Shown here in pieces: positions 28,266-40,200 of a stretch of DNA of 64,000 nt. Each line of letters opens with the position of its first letter. Position 1 is the stretch's first letter. The stretch is from contig CAVNZM010000001.1 in NCBI GenBank assembly GCA_963693365.1, positions 12,736,161 to 12,800,160 of the forward strand, written 5' to 3'. A program made the position numbers and the translations under genes. Origin of the DNA: Amoebidium appalachense (lineage: Eukaryota; Protista; Ichthyosporea). The notes under the pieces were generated by a model that saw only the letters and a program-made list of their open reading frames with translations, had not been told where the DNA came from and ran no database searches.

Positions 28266-29235
28266 ATTTACCGCTTGGTACTTTTCCTAGTAGTATCATA
28301 TAATGTAGGCGGGCCTTGGCATGTGGCCGAGATATGCTCGATGTAACATGTGGTACAGTATGGAGATGTTTGGCCCCATATACCCGCCTGCAGAACCTCA
28401 TGTACATAGCACTGGGCACACTCGATTGGCGGGCAGCCTAGTCTTTTATTCACACAACCAACTCGCCTTCACACGACATAGCAACACCATTCTCTTTTCC
28501 TTGCCACCACGACCACTATGCCTGCACACGTACACATGCGCAAGCTTTTGAGACAAAGGTCCTCGGGCACATGTTATCGTGTACACACTCATTTTTTCTT
28601 TTCTGACATTTTTTTTTGTGCACATGCTGCACATAGCGGCTCTACACAGGGCCATTCTTTTTACCCTCTCTCTGTGCCACAATGCAAAGACTGGCCTTCC
28701 TTTTGGTTATTGATGTCTTTTGAAATCTTCTCCCCACGTATTTTTTCATTGGCTGGCACAGGCTGGGCCGTGCAGCCATTACCTAATCAAAAAGTGCGAC
28801 CATGTGCGCACTAGTATCGAACACAGTGTCAAATCAAGACTTATGCATGCCATTGCTCCATGCACACCTCCACCACCCTCCTGTCAGCTGGTCCCCCCAC
28901 TATTGTGGTGGGAAGGGAAGCGCATACACCCAGTCGCATATATGTCAGCACACATGCATGCACTCAACCGTCTAGCTCAGACACACATGGACACATCCCC
29001 TCCTTATTGTATGTGTCTGCACAGCACACATACACGCTCATATGTGCGCACACCTCCATCCTCCCTCCCTTTTCTCAGACCACCTTCATGATCATGTTTA
29101 TGTTTCAAGGCTGGTCCGATATGCCTGCAGGCAGCAGGAATTCTGCTAAACAGGGAGTTTTGGTGCGCAGTAGCAGCAGTTCCCTCTGTTCCGGGCGCAG
29201 GACCCCTATTAACACACACCGTGACACACACACAA

Positions 29236-29288
<53 letters not shown>

Positions 29289-30722
29289 TGCACACACACC
29301 ACCCAACCGAGCCCCAAATGCCTCCCCTCCCTCCCCCCCCCTCCCCTCCCCCCCCCCCCCCCTCCCCCCCCCCCCCCCCCCCCCCCCCACACACACACAC
29401 ATACACACTTAACATGCCCCCCCCCCCCCCCCCCTCCCTCCCTTACTGTCCCGGCCTCCCTCCCCCCTCCCTTCCTCTCTCTTTCTCTCTCTCTCCAACC
29501 CCCTTCCCCCCCCAGGTGCGCCGATCGCCCCAAACAACACTAAACCTTATACGGTACACTTCAAAATGAACATTGGTTCTAGAAAGAGTTGTAGCCGAGC
29601 GCGATTAGGCACATCTATGGCAAGACGAACTAAGTGCTCCCCCTACCCCTACCCCTTTCCCCCATATACCCCCCTCCCCCCCTCCCCCCAAACCCCCCCT
29701 TCTCCCCCCCGGGTTTTTTTTCACCCATTATCCCCCCCACCCCCTACCCCTCCAAACACCTCCCTCCCCCACACGCCAATCCCTCCTACCAAACACCACT
29801 ACCACCGCCAACACCCACCAAACACCCACAACCACTTAAATCAAAACTGCACACAAACACACATGGCTGGGAAAATGAACAAAAAAAGATGCACATGTTC
29901 GGAGATACATCTTGCAGAATAGGCAGGAGGGGCTGGACTGAAAGCGAGACAATTGTAGCCATCATCACCTTTTCCTAATCCCCCCCCCCCCCCCCCCCCC
30001 CCCCCCCGTCCACCCAACCACCACCACCACCAAGGACATGCAAAATTCGTGGGGGGCACGATGAACCTGAACAAAATATATCACGAGGGTTTCCTTGATA
30101 ATGTCAGTAACTATCTGTATAGGGCTATTTCCCGCTTCCTCCGCATTGTTATTCGATGCTAGCCTCTGCTTACCCATAATATGTATCAGGGGTGTCATAT
30201 ACTACGATGGCGCTCATTGTTGCCTAGCATGTACATATGTCACTGGCTGCATTTGATTGGCTGCGCTGGAAAACGCAGTAGGCCGTCGAATGTGGCTGGG
30301 CCTCCGGCAGTGTCCACGCAATAAAAAGTGTGTAAACCCCATTGTTATTCCACCTCCAGGGACTGCTTTGGACAATCTAGGGAGATCACAGCCGATTGGT
30401 GCCCCAATCAAATAACTCGAATGGCTGTCACACTGAACTTGCAGTGCACGGTTGTAGTAAAATCAAGTTTGCAGACACGTTAACTGAGTCAACCGTATTG
30501 TTTCTCCCCCCCCACCACCGCCGGCCTCCACCCCCCAAACACCTACACACACGGCAAACAAGTGCCAGAACCCCGGCCTTTCCCTGACACTCCCATCGAG
30601 ATGGTCCTGTTTCGTTCCAACTGCCCCCACCTCCCCCCTCCCCCCCCCCCCCCCATACACACACACACACACACCACCACCACCACCGCCACCAAAAATA
30701 CCGTCGCACACACACATTCAGA

Positions 30723-30754
<32 letters not shown>

Positions 30755-31417
30755 CCCCCCTCCTTTCCTCCACTTAAAATGGACTTCCCCACCTCCCCAG
30801 CCCCTCCCCCAGCCCCCCCCCCCCCCCCCCCCTCCCCCCTCCCCCCCGCCTGAGAAGGAGATCCAAACTCGGAAATCAACCATCATGTAATTCAAGGGTG
30901 CCTAGGCGCATTGGAAAATATAGGGAATGAAATGGGGTCATTTAAAGCCTTTGCACACAGTACTAAGATTATTCAAGCTGAACAGTATAGATGCAGTCAG
31001 ATATTGGGTGTGGATGCTGATTAACACAGGCACCACCTCAGATACGACTGATTCACGTTGGCATTTAATTCGCAACCAGCATGTGCTACCGTAAACCCCT
31101 CCGGATCTACCAGCTAGGGGATGTGAAGATTAAATCTAATCTTCATACATTCCACAGTTTGCTTCATCAGATACTTTGCGCAACTAAATATACGTCATTC
31201 AGCAAGCAGCACAGCCTAAACAGACCGGGTAGGAGTATACACTACTGAGCTACATCAGATCGACACTCATCAGGAGTTTCATATATGGCAATCAACAGCA
31301 ATATTAACCTTTTACAGCCAGCCTCATGAGTGCAAATTTAGCACATTCACCAAAAGCCGTGGCGACATTCGAGCATTTTAAATACTAATTAGGTTTTTGG
31401 TATAACTAGGGGCACCT

Positions 31418-32074
31418 CTAAAAGGCCATGGTTACAACCCGTGGGTCCCACCCTCTGCTGTTCGACCTATGGTGTGTTGCACGTGGTCTCCACACCAGTG
31501 GGGAGAGGGCACGGCGTGGGGATACAGGCAGCTGCAATTCGATCAATGATTGGTCCTGTGAGCTGGCCCCACTGCTTGCACTCGACCGTGCAGACGACCG
31601 GGGGGACGGGCAGGGTGTGTGCAGGCCCAGGTGGGGGTTGCGGGCTGGGTCTGCGGCCACACAGGTCTGCAGCTCCAGCACGGGCATGGCGGTGTCGTGC
31701 AGAGTGATGTGCACTGTGGGGGTGCTGTTGTGGATCATGGCCGACACCTCCTCCGCAGTCAGCATGGTGGGCTCGCGCATGTTTACCTCGTTCACCTGCT
31801 CTATCCGGTCCCCCACGCTAATGCCTAGCTTCCATGCGCGGGACTTCTTCTCCACCGCGTATACGTATATGTGCCCTCGCACCTGGCACAGAGTCAGGCC
31901 CAAGCCACCGCTTTCCTGCTTGCGGCAAATGCGCAACTCCCTGCGATATCCGCCTTGCTGCGAGCCACAAGTGGGCTCAAAGCTAAAGTCAAAATATTTA
32001 CAGCCCCCTGAGCTGACTGACCGTGCTGATCCGCAGCTGTGCGAGGACCGCAGGCTACTAGTGTCATCAAACAT
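31418..32074 (-). CDS. Single-exon PDZ-domain protein (~218 aa)
   Basis: RRELRICRKQESGGLGLTL...IYVYAVEKKSRAWKLGISVGDRIEQVNEV...TAEEVSAMI...VHITL is a canonical PDZ (GLGL loop, GD.I..VN). ATG at 32074, with TATATAAA about 70 bp upstream on the minus strand. Confidence 0.85.
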   Translation of the reverse strand: MFDDTSSLRSSHSCGSARSVSSGGCKYFDFSFEPTCGSQQGGYRRELRICRKQESGGLGLTLCQVRGHIYVYAVEKKSRAWKLGISVGDRIEQVNEVNMREPTMLTAEEVSAMIHNSTPTVHITLHDTAMPVLELQTCVAADPARNPHLGLHTPCPSPRSSARSSASSGASSQDQSLIELQLPVSPRRALSPLVWRPRATHHRSNSRGWDPRVVTMAF

Positions 32075-32525
32075 TCTCCTCGTATACGAAAGCAAGCACG
32101 TCTCCGTCGCTAATTTTTGGTCTGTGCTTATCCTCGGAGCCAGTTTATATACTCCCCCCAGGGTGCACGTTTCTGGCCAGGCTGGCCCGGGCAAAGTCGC
32201 ACGGTGATAAGCGCCCGACACACCAATCAGCATACGGCATCAAGGTGCACTCCCGCCGGGTTTTCACCTGGGCCACACCAAAGCCATGTTTTATTGGCAT
32301 ACGATCACGGCAGTGAAAAACCACATTCCTCGGCCACACCGCGATTTAGAATTGCGCCAATCTGATGCGGCCAGCTGTGGAGCTGATAGTCTGATACGAG
32401 GCCGTCCCGGCGGCTGCAGGCGGCATCGTTGCCAGCTTGAGATCGAGCCATGGCCGCTCTGTCGAGTCCGCTAACTCTTGGCCATATGGTTAATCTAGGG
32501 GGAGCCCCTGGCGGGCCGAGACAAT

Positions 32526-32834
32526 CAGGGGTTTACACACTTATATTGCGTGGACATTCAAGGGGGTCCAGCCACCGGCTCAATATTGGAAACTGGGCCA
32601 AATCCTATGATCGGCTCTTTAGAACGAACAAATTTAAAAGAACCGCTCGTTTTCGTGCCACCCTTGAGATCCAAGCATCCGTGCGGAAGGCCCAGTCCAT
32701 GGAACGTGAGGAAACTATAATGCAACTCAAAGTGATACCGAGCACCTCGTATTTATCGATTTTAAGAACGCGTACGGCACGGTCGACCTCCCTCGCCTGT
32801 GGGCCAAGTTGGCCACTCGCGGTGTAAACCCCTA
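32526..32834. mobile_element. Possible ~310-bp MITE with hAT-like CAG/TAG termini
   Basis: 12-bp inverted repeat AGGGGTTTACAC (32527) / GTGTAAACCCCT (32822). No clean TSD. Confidence 0.4.
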
Positions 32835-33173
32835 ACGAGATACGTCATGTATGTAGGTGTATAGGTATTGAACCCCGAAACAAAACTTATATATATATGT
32901 ATGCCCGAGAGACAAAACTTATTATATGCCGGGGCACCGGGTCCATAGGTCTACCTTGGCCTTGCAGGGTAGACCCGGGGAGCTACTGTACGTATAGCTA
33001 TGTGGCATGCGCTCACTCAGCCCGTGACATGCAACATGATGCACGATGCATGCATATGAGCGGTTTCCGATCGTACAATAGTTTTCCTCAGTGAATTCAG
33101 TGAGGGGTCCTGAGTATCCAAATAGATATTTTTTAAATAATCAGAGTTTTTACACACACACACACACACACAG

Positions 33174-33217
<44 letters not shown>

Positions 33218-33594
33218 AAAACCAGGGTGTGTATACACTAATACTATGCCCTAGTTAACATATGAAGGTAGGAGAACCACGTAAGTATAGAGACAAGAAA
33301 GCGGGTGCTACAGCTAGTCTGACACCGCACGACTAGTGTAACGTTTACTCGGACACACAGCCCCGCCCAAGTGACCAAAGTCTGGAATGTACCAGCCTTT
33401 TATAGTCCCTTGGTTTCCGCCGGTCCGGAGAGCACTGCTCACATACTTTTGTAAGGCGACAGCCATTAGGCATGTGGCCCTACTTATAATAACGTACATG
33501 ACATATACATGAGTACATGATCTTCTCCTGCCAGTGGGTGATCATAATATAGCTTCACGTTATACTACAGTGCTACATGTGTATGCTAGTGCCC

Positions 33595-34883
33595 TCAAGC
33601 ACCCTCAAGCAAATGCCATCTCTGAACGTGTGCATGCAGTGTTTCAGAAGTCCTTTGGCAAAATGGTGGATGTGGAGGCTAATGATTGGGATCATATGTC
33701 TAGGTTTATTGCTCATTCATATAATTCTACCCCTCATGCTGTGACTGGTTTTTCTCCGTTTTATTTGGTCTATGGGCAGGAGGATATTAGTTTGTTAGAT
33801 ACGGCACTTTTGCCGATGGGGGGGGCTGACCGACTAACTTATCCCCACTGGACTGAGTTCCGGGAGCAGCTACTAACCCGGGCCCGGGCTGCACGTGATG
33901 CAGCTCTGGCCCGTACACAGCAGGCACAGACACGTGCAGACGTGTCCACACGTCCGTTACGTGAATTTGCCGAGGGTACTTTAGTTTTAATTAGGGATCA
34001 TACTAGGAAAAAGAGATATAAGCAGGAGCAGGAAGGTAAGGGTGAAGGTGAAGGTCTTCGTAAGTATGGTAAGAAATGGTTGCCTCTTTTCATTGGCCCG
34101 TATAAAATAGTGGCTAGGTTAGGTCCGACGGAATATAAGGTGCAGAGGTTAGATAATGAGAGTGATGTTAGATTTTATAATGTAGATGATATAAAGGAAT
34201 ATTATGATAGGGCCCTTAGGGTTAAACGGCCGGAGGGCCGTCGAGTGTTAGATGCATTCACCCCCGACTATGACGGGTCGGTGGATGTATCGGAGGCTGC
34301 AGTAGATAAAATTATGGATAAAAAGGTTATCGAAGGTAAGGAAGGTAAGGTAAATTATTATTTAATTCGTTTTGAGGGAGGTTATCAGGAAGATCAGTGG
34401 TTGCCTGAGTTTCATTTGGATTGCCCGTTTTCTATTCGTGCTTATGAGGCTAGATTAGTGCAGAGGGAGTTGCCTAGTGCTCCCTCTAGGCCAAAGAGAG
34501 TTATTCCTCAGTTTAATCGTGGTGTGAAAAAGTCGGTGGGGGAGGGGGCCGGGGGGGGAGTGATGCAAATACGCGTAGACACACGGGGGAAGGGGGAGGG
34601 GGGGGGAGGAGACCGAGGAGGAGTGTGAACGTAGTCGTAGGAATTTAATTTATTATCATAGGTGTCTCCGTAGGTATCAAGCTTATGGTGTAGATTAATT
34701 TATTATTTTCTTCGTAATTTATTTAATTTAATTTTTTTCTTAGGAGACTGATTAGTCTATGTCTTTTTAGGGGGTGTTAGATGTAATGTGACTGAGGTGG
34801 GACTCAGCTTTTCCGGGGGCCGGGGGGGGAGTTGACATATACTAATCCGTCTCAGCAGATCAGCCTAAGTCTACGATCGAGAT

Positions 34884-34915
<32 letters not shown>

Positions 34916-35261
34916 GGCCCGGGTCCACAGATCATCAAGATCAAGTCCGAGGCCTCAAGATAGCTGTACAGCTGCGTGCATCTTGCCTCTGCCGGCGCAG
35001 GGCATTGGACCACGTCAGCCGGGGCAGCCGACCAATAGAATTCTAATTAGTGTGTAGGATAAATCGTAGGAGGACTTAGGAATGTGATTGTTCGGGCAGA
35101 AGCCCTTTTGTAAGTATTGGCAAGGTTTGATAGTGTATGTTGCCAAACGTATTTATATATTTAGATGTAGAGGAAAGGGGGGAGGGAGGGAGGGGGAGGA
35201 TAGTATGAAATGTAGATTTAGACTCTGCGGTGCCACTAGGGGGAGGGTGAGGGGTGAGACA
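33595..35261 (+). mobile_element. Ty3/gypsy chromovirus 3' remnant: integrase C-terminus, chromodomain, PPT and probable LTR
   Basis: ORF 33534-34628 contains HPQANAISERVH, YNSTPHAVTGFSPFYLVYG, FIGPYKIV (GPY/F) and chromodomain VDKIMDKK..YYLIRFEG..DQWLPEFHL. PPT at 34815-34831, TG at 34833. The LTR end is uncertain. Confidence 0.9.
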
Positions 35262-37216
35262 TGGATAAATATATTGGTTTGACCTGGTCACCATTGGGTC
35301 CGGAACACAGTTGACGGACAAGTTTGGGTAGTTGGTCGATGTTGATGGGGGGACCGGGGGGGACTGGCAGGGTGGTGGTGGCTTGAAGTCCAACCTTGCC
35401 CTGTAGACGGGCAGAACGACGGGGTGCAGGAACCGGGGGAGGTGGAGACGGGGGGGGGGAACTTGGAAGTTCGGAATTGCAGGGGGGGCAACCTCCGGGC
35501 TGGACGGGGCCGAGTGGAAGTTGTCGGGGGAGCCGGGTCGGATGGGTGTGACGTTGCCAGGGGCAGGAGGAGGGTCGGCAGGCTGGACGGGCACGGGGGC
35601 AGGGGGGCCGGTGGGGGGGGGTGTCGGGGGAACGACGATGGCAGGAGGGGGGCCAGAGTACACCAGACAAACATCATCTTCAGTGTCAACTGTGGGGGTT
35701 GGGGTGGTCGAGGTAGCAGTAGTGTAGGGGGTCGGAAGTGTTGAGGGAATGTCGGACGGGAGATAAGCTGATTCGTCGAAAATCACGTCACGGAAGAGGC
35801 CGACACGATGGGTGGTGGGGTTGAAGATCCGGTGGCAGTGTGATTGAAGATCATAGCCGATATACATGCCGAGTTTGACGGTGGGGGCCAGCTTGTTCCG
35901 TTTCAGAGGCTGGCACATGAGTGTAGGCAGGGCAACCGAACACTTTGAGCTCGGAGATGTCGGGCTTGACACCGTAGAAAACCTCGAATGGTGTACGACC
36001 ATTGGCAGTCGTGGACGGGGTGACGTTGATAATGTAGGCGGCCTGTTGGAGGGCCTCAGCCCACAGTTTGGGGGACAGAGACTGATCTTGGACTTGATGG
36101 AGGAGGCAACGAACAATCTCTTGGAGGAACCGCATACGACGTTCAACACAGCCGTTCAGTTGAGGGCAGTCCACCGGAGCATAGCTGGCCTTGATGCCCT
36201 GGGAGAGGCAAAAAGCACGGGTAGCCTTGGAGGTGAACTCAGAGCCGGAGTCGAAGTGGTAGACACCAACTTTGGAGGGGGCATGGGTAGCAACGAGGTT
36301 GGTGTGAGCTGTGAGAATGTCCAGGGTGGTTGTACGGTCGGGCATCGGGTAGATCTTGACGAGGCCAGAGGCACGGCAGACAGTGACGAGAGCAACCTGG
36401 GAACCTTTGTACGATGTTGTGGTAGGCTCAAAAAAATCCCAATGCCATTCATGACCGGGGATGTTGGAGTGAGGACGGTCACCCTTGAACGGAGCCTTGG
36501 TGGTTTTACCCATAATGCAGCCATGACAATCAGGAACATCACAGTCGAGGACAGACGAGGGGAGACCAATAACAAGGTCGTGTTTCACCATGTCCTTGAT
36601 GCTGGTCATAGCACGGTGCCCCAGACGATGGTGCCAGATGGATGGGTTAACACTGGTGGTGGCAGCCAGAGCCACAGGACGAGTGGGTGGTTGAATGGTG
36701 TAGTCCTTGAAGTAATACAGACCGTTGTGGAGACGGAGGTTGACGAGATGACGGCCGGTGAGTCGGTCGAAGAGGAATGACGGAGTGGAGGCATCATTCA
36801 AATCACCCTTGATGTATTCGGCAGCAGCTTGGGATGTTGAAATGAGGAAGGCTTGGCCAGACGGGGTGTAGTAGGCTTCAATGGTAAGGGTGGCAGTGCC
36901 ATGGTCGGTGGTGGTGTTGATGACGATATGGCCGGTGTGGGTGGCCAAGACGGGGGTGCCATTGAAGGCAGCAACGGGAGTCGGTGTCGGAAGGGGAGTG
37001 AGGTCATGGAAGCCGTGACTCACGGGTGGGGCAGACAGTCATGTTGCACCCGGAATCCCAGGCAGGGTCGGAGGACACGGGGACGGAGCTAGCATTGTAT
37101 GCCGAGAAAGCAAAGGAGACAGATTTCTCATTGCCTTGACGGGAACGGTTGTGTCTGGACATACGGCATTTCGGCTCGGGGCAATCGATGATCGTGTGAT
37201 CAGGCTCGTGGCAGTA

Positions 37217-40200
37217 TGTTGTAATACGTAGTATTTACATATGGTAAGATCTTCTCAGTTTGTGTTATGTTTCAGTTCATATGCTTAGTGTAAATGCCAC
37301 ACTCCTATTATGTAAAGTGTAGCATCGATCTCCGATATGCTCGTATACTTGTAATCGTGTTGTATCGGCTCTAATCGTGTATTGTAAAATCGATTAGAAT
37401 ATTTATATGTGTGTACACGGATCCACCCACTCAGGGAGAGATGTGTACATGTTCGTGTGTACATAAATATCTCTGGTTATAGTTATGCTATTACTATCTT
37501 GTTTGTTGATCTGTGCTCTCTTTTCCTTTCTCTTTCTCCTTCCTTATTTTCTTTTCTTTCTCTCCTTGTCTTCATGTGTATAATCGTGTTTCTTTTCTAC
37601 TAATATATGTTAGGTAGATTTGTGTTACTTAATACGTGTTCATTGGACGATGACACACTTAGGCTACACTTAGATTAGCATGTGTGTTTAGACTTCGTTA
37701 ATTTACTTTAGTTTTCATGTGTTGCCGGGCTTTAACCAATCATCAAGGTTAAGTGTGATATGTCTGAGTCTTTGCAGTATGTCATAGGTTAGAACTTCCT
37801 TGATGATGACACGAGTTGACCTTAACTAGTGTCTGTGTCCTATCATGTACGTCTCCGCGTACCGGATCTCTCTGAAAGCAATTGGTTCTTAGTGATTGGT
37901 TTCTATTAGAGATAGATCTGATTTCCGACTGGTCGGAAATCATGTATGGATTGGACTTAGAGGAATTTCAGGTATTTATTCGAAGATCAGAATAAATTCA
38001 GTCTAGTCGTGTCTAAACATTGATGTCTGTTGTGTACACTGCTCCGATCGTTCCGTGTTTTGTTGTTGTGTGTGTCTGTGGTGTTTTCACACTGCACCAC
38101 TGTGTCTCTGCTTTCATCCCAAATACTTATACAATTTAACAGGTTATGCAACCCTTTTGCACGCTCCCTACACACATCTAGAACTAGCGCTCGTTTTTCA
38201 ATCATGGATCCAAACAAAACTGGTGTAAACAAAATAACCATGTGGAAAGGTGAAGGGAAAACTGGTCCCGATAGCAAAACCACCTATTTTCAATGGGAAA
38301 TCATTTTTCTCGGCATGATGACCGGCACTAAAGGTGTCCGACTCGTCTCGATGTTGTACTTGCTGACAACTACGTCCCCCCTACCACCGTCGCGGTTGAC
38401 GGTGAACCCCCCTTCTACGGCTACGGCACTACCGCGGAACTCAAGGAGGCCCGCAATTGCCTCCTGCTCCATATGATACAGAACATCGACCCTTCCGTCC
38501 TCACCACCGTTGCCCAGTACCGTATTGGCATGGACCCTGAACGGGCCATGTGGAAATTCCGTCAACACTACCTCCAAGGCAAACCCGATCAGATCCGCAT
38601 CCTTCACCGTCAGTGGGATGCCTGTGCCCTTCAGCCCGGTGAATCATTCACCACCTACCTGAGTCGTCTGCAGACCATCGTGAACCAGCTCCAGTCCCTC
38701 CAAGATGAGTCCATTCACTTCACTCGTCTAGCTGAGAAGTTCTTCAATGAACTCACCACCAGAGACGACCTCACCCCTGAGTTCAACCGTCTTATCGAAG
38801 ACTATCACTTCGGTGATAAGCTATTCCCCGACTTCGAGTCCCTCCACAACCACGTCAAGGGCATCGAGCTACGTCAAGACCTCAAGATGCAACTCCGGAG
38901 CAACCGTGCCCACCGTGCCTCCAAGTCCAGCATGGCATTAAATGCCAGTGCTCCCCCCCGTGATCTTCCTCGCCGTGACTTACGCAACCGACTTGACCGT
39001 ACCCCTGGCACGGACCTCCGAACTCGTCTCTCCCGTCAGCACACCCGATCCCGTTCCCCCCACCGGCCTGCCTTCCGGTCCACGTCTCGTTCCCCCAGTC
39101 GTTCCCGTTTCTCGGGTTCCCGTCGTTCTGATTCCCCGGCTCGTTCTAACACCCCGTCCGTGAAAGCATGCTCCTACTGCCACGAGCCTGATCACACGAT
39201 CATCGATTGCCCTGAGCCGAAATGCCGTATGTCCAGACACAACCGTTCCCGTCAAGGCAGTGAGAAATCTGTCTCCTTTGCTTTCTGGGCATACAATGCT
39301 AGCTCCGTCCCCGTGTCCTCCGACCCTGCCTGGGATTCCGGATGCAACATGACTGTCTGCCCCACCCGTGAGTTCTTCCATGACCTCACTCCCCTTCCGA
39401 CACCGACTCCTGTTGCTGCCTTCAATGGTACCCCCGTCTTGGCCACTCACACCGGCCGTATCGTCATCAACACCACCACCGACCATGGCATTGCCACCCT
39501 TACCATTGAAGCCTACTACACCCCGTCTGGCCAAGCCTTCCTCATTTCAACATCCCAAGCTGCTGCCGAATACATCAAGGGTGATTTGAATGATGCCTCC
39601 ACTCCGTCATTCCTCTTCGACCGACTCACCGGCCGTCATCTCGTCAACCTCCGTCTACACAACGGTCTGTATTACTTCAAGGACTACACCATTCAACCAC
39701 CCACTCGTCCTGTGGCTCTGGCTGCCACTACCAGTGTTAACCCATCCATCTGGCACCATCGTCTGGGGCACCGTGCTATGACCAGCATCAAGGACATGGT
39801 GAAACACGACCTTGTTATTGGTCTCCCCTCGTCTGTCCTCGACTGTGATGTTCCTGATTGTCATGGCTGCATTATGGGTAAAACCACCAAGGCTCCGTTC
39901 AAGGGTGACCGTCCTCACTCCAACATCCCCGGTCATGAATGGCATTGGGATTTTTTTAAGCCTACCACAACATCGTACGGAGGTTCCAAGGTTGCTCTCG
40001 TCACTGTCTGCCGTGCCTCTGGTCTCGTCAAGATCTACCCGATGGCCGACCGTACAACCACCCTGGACACTCTCACAGCTCACACCAACCTCGTTGCTAC
40101 CCATGCCCCCTCCAAAGTTGGTGTCTACCACTTCGACTCCGGCTCTGAGTTCACCTCCAAGGCTACCCGTGCTTTTTGCCTCTCCCAGGGCATCAAGGCC

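Noticed and set aside
5195-30780. Hundreds of ORFs with poly-P/G, HT, CV, RE or LS repeats
   Set aside because: They are translations of homopolymers and microsatellites in introns and intergenic DNA.
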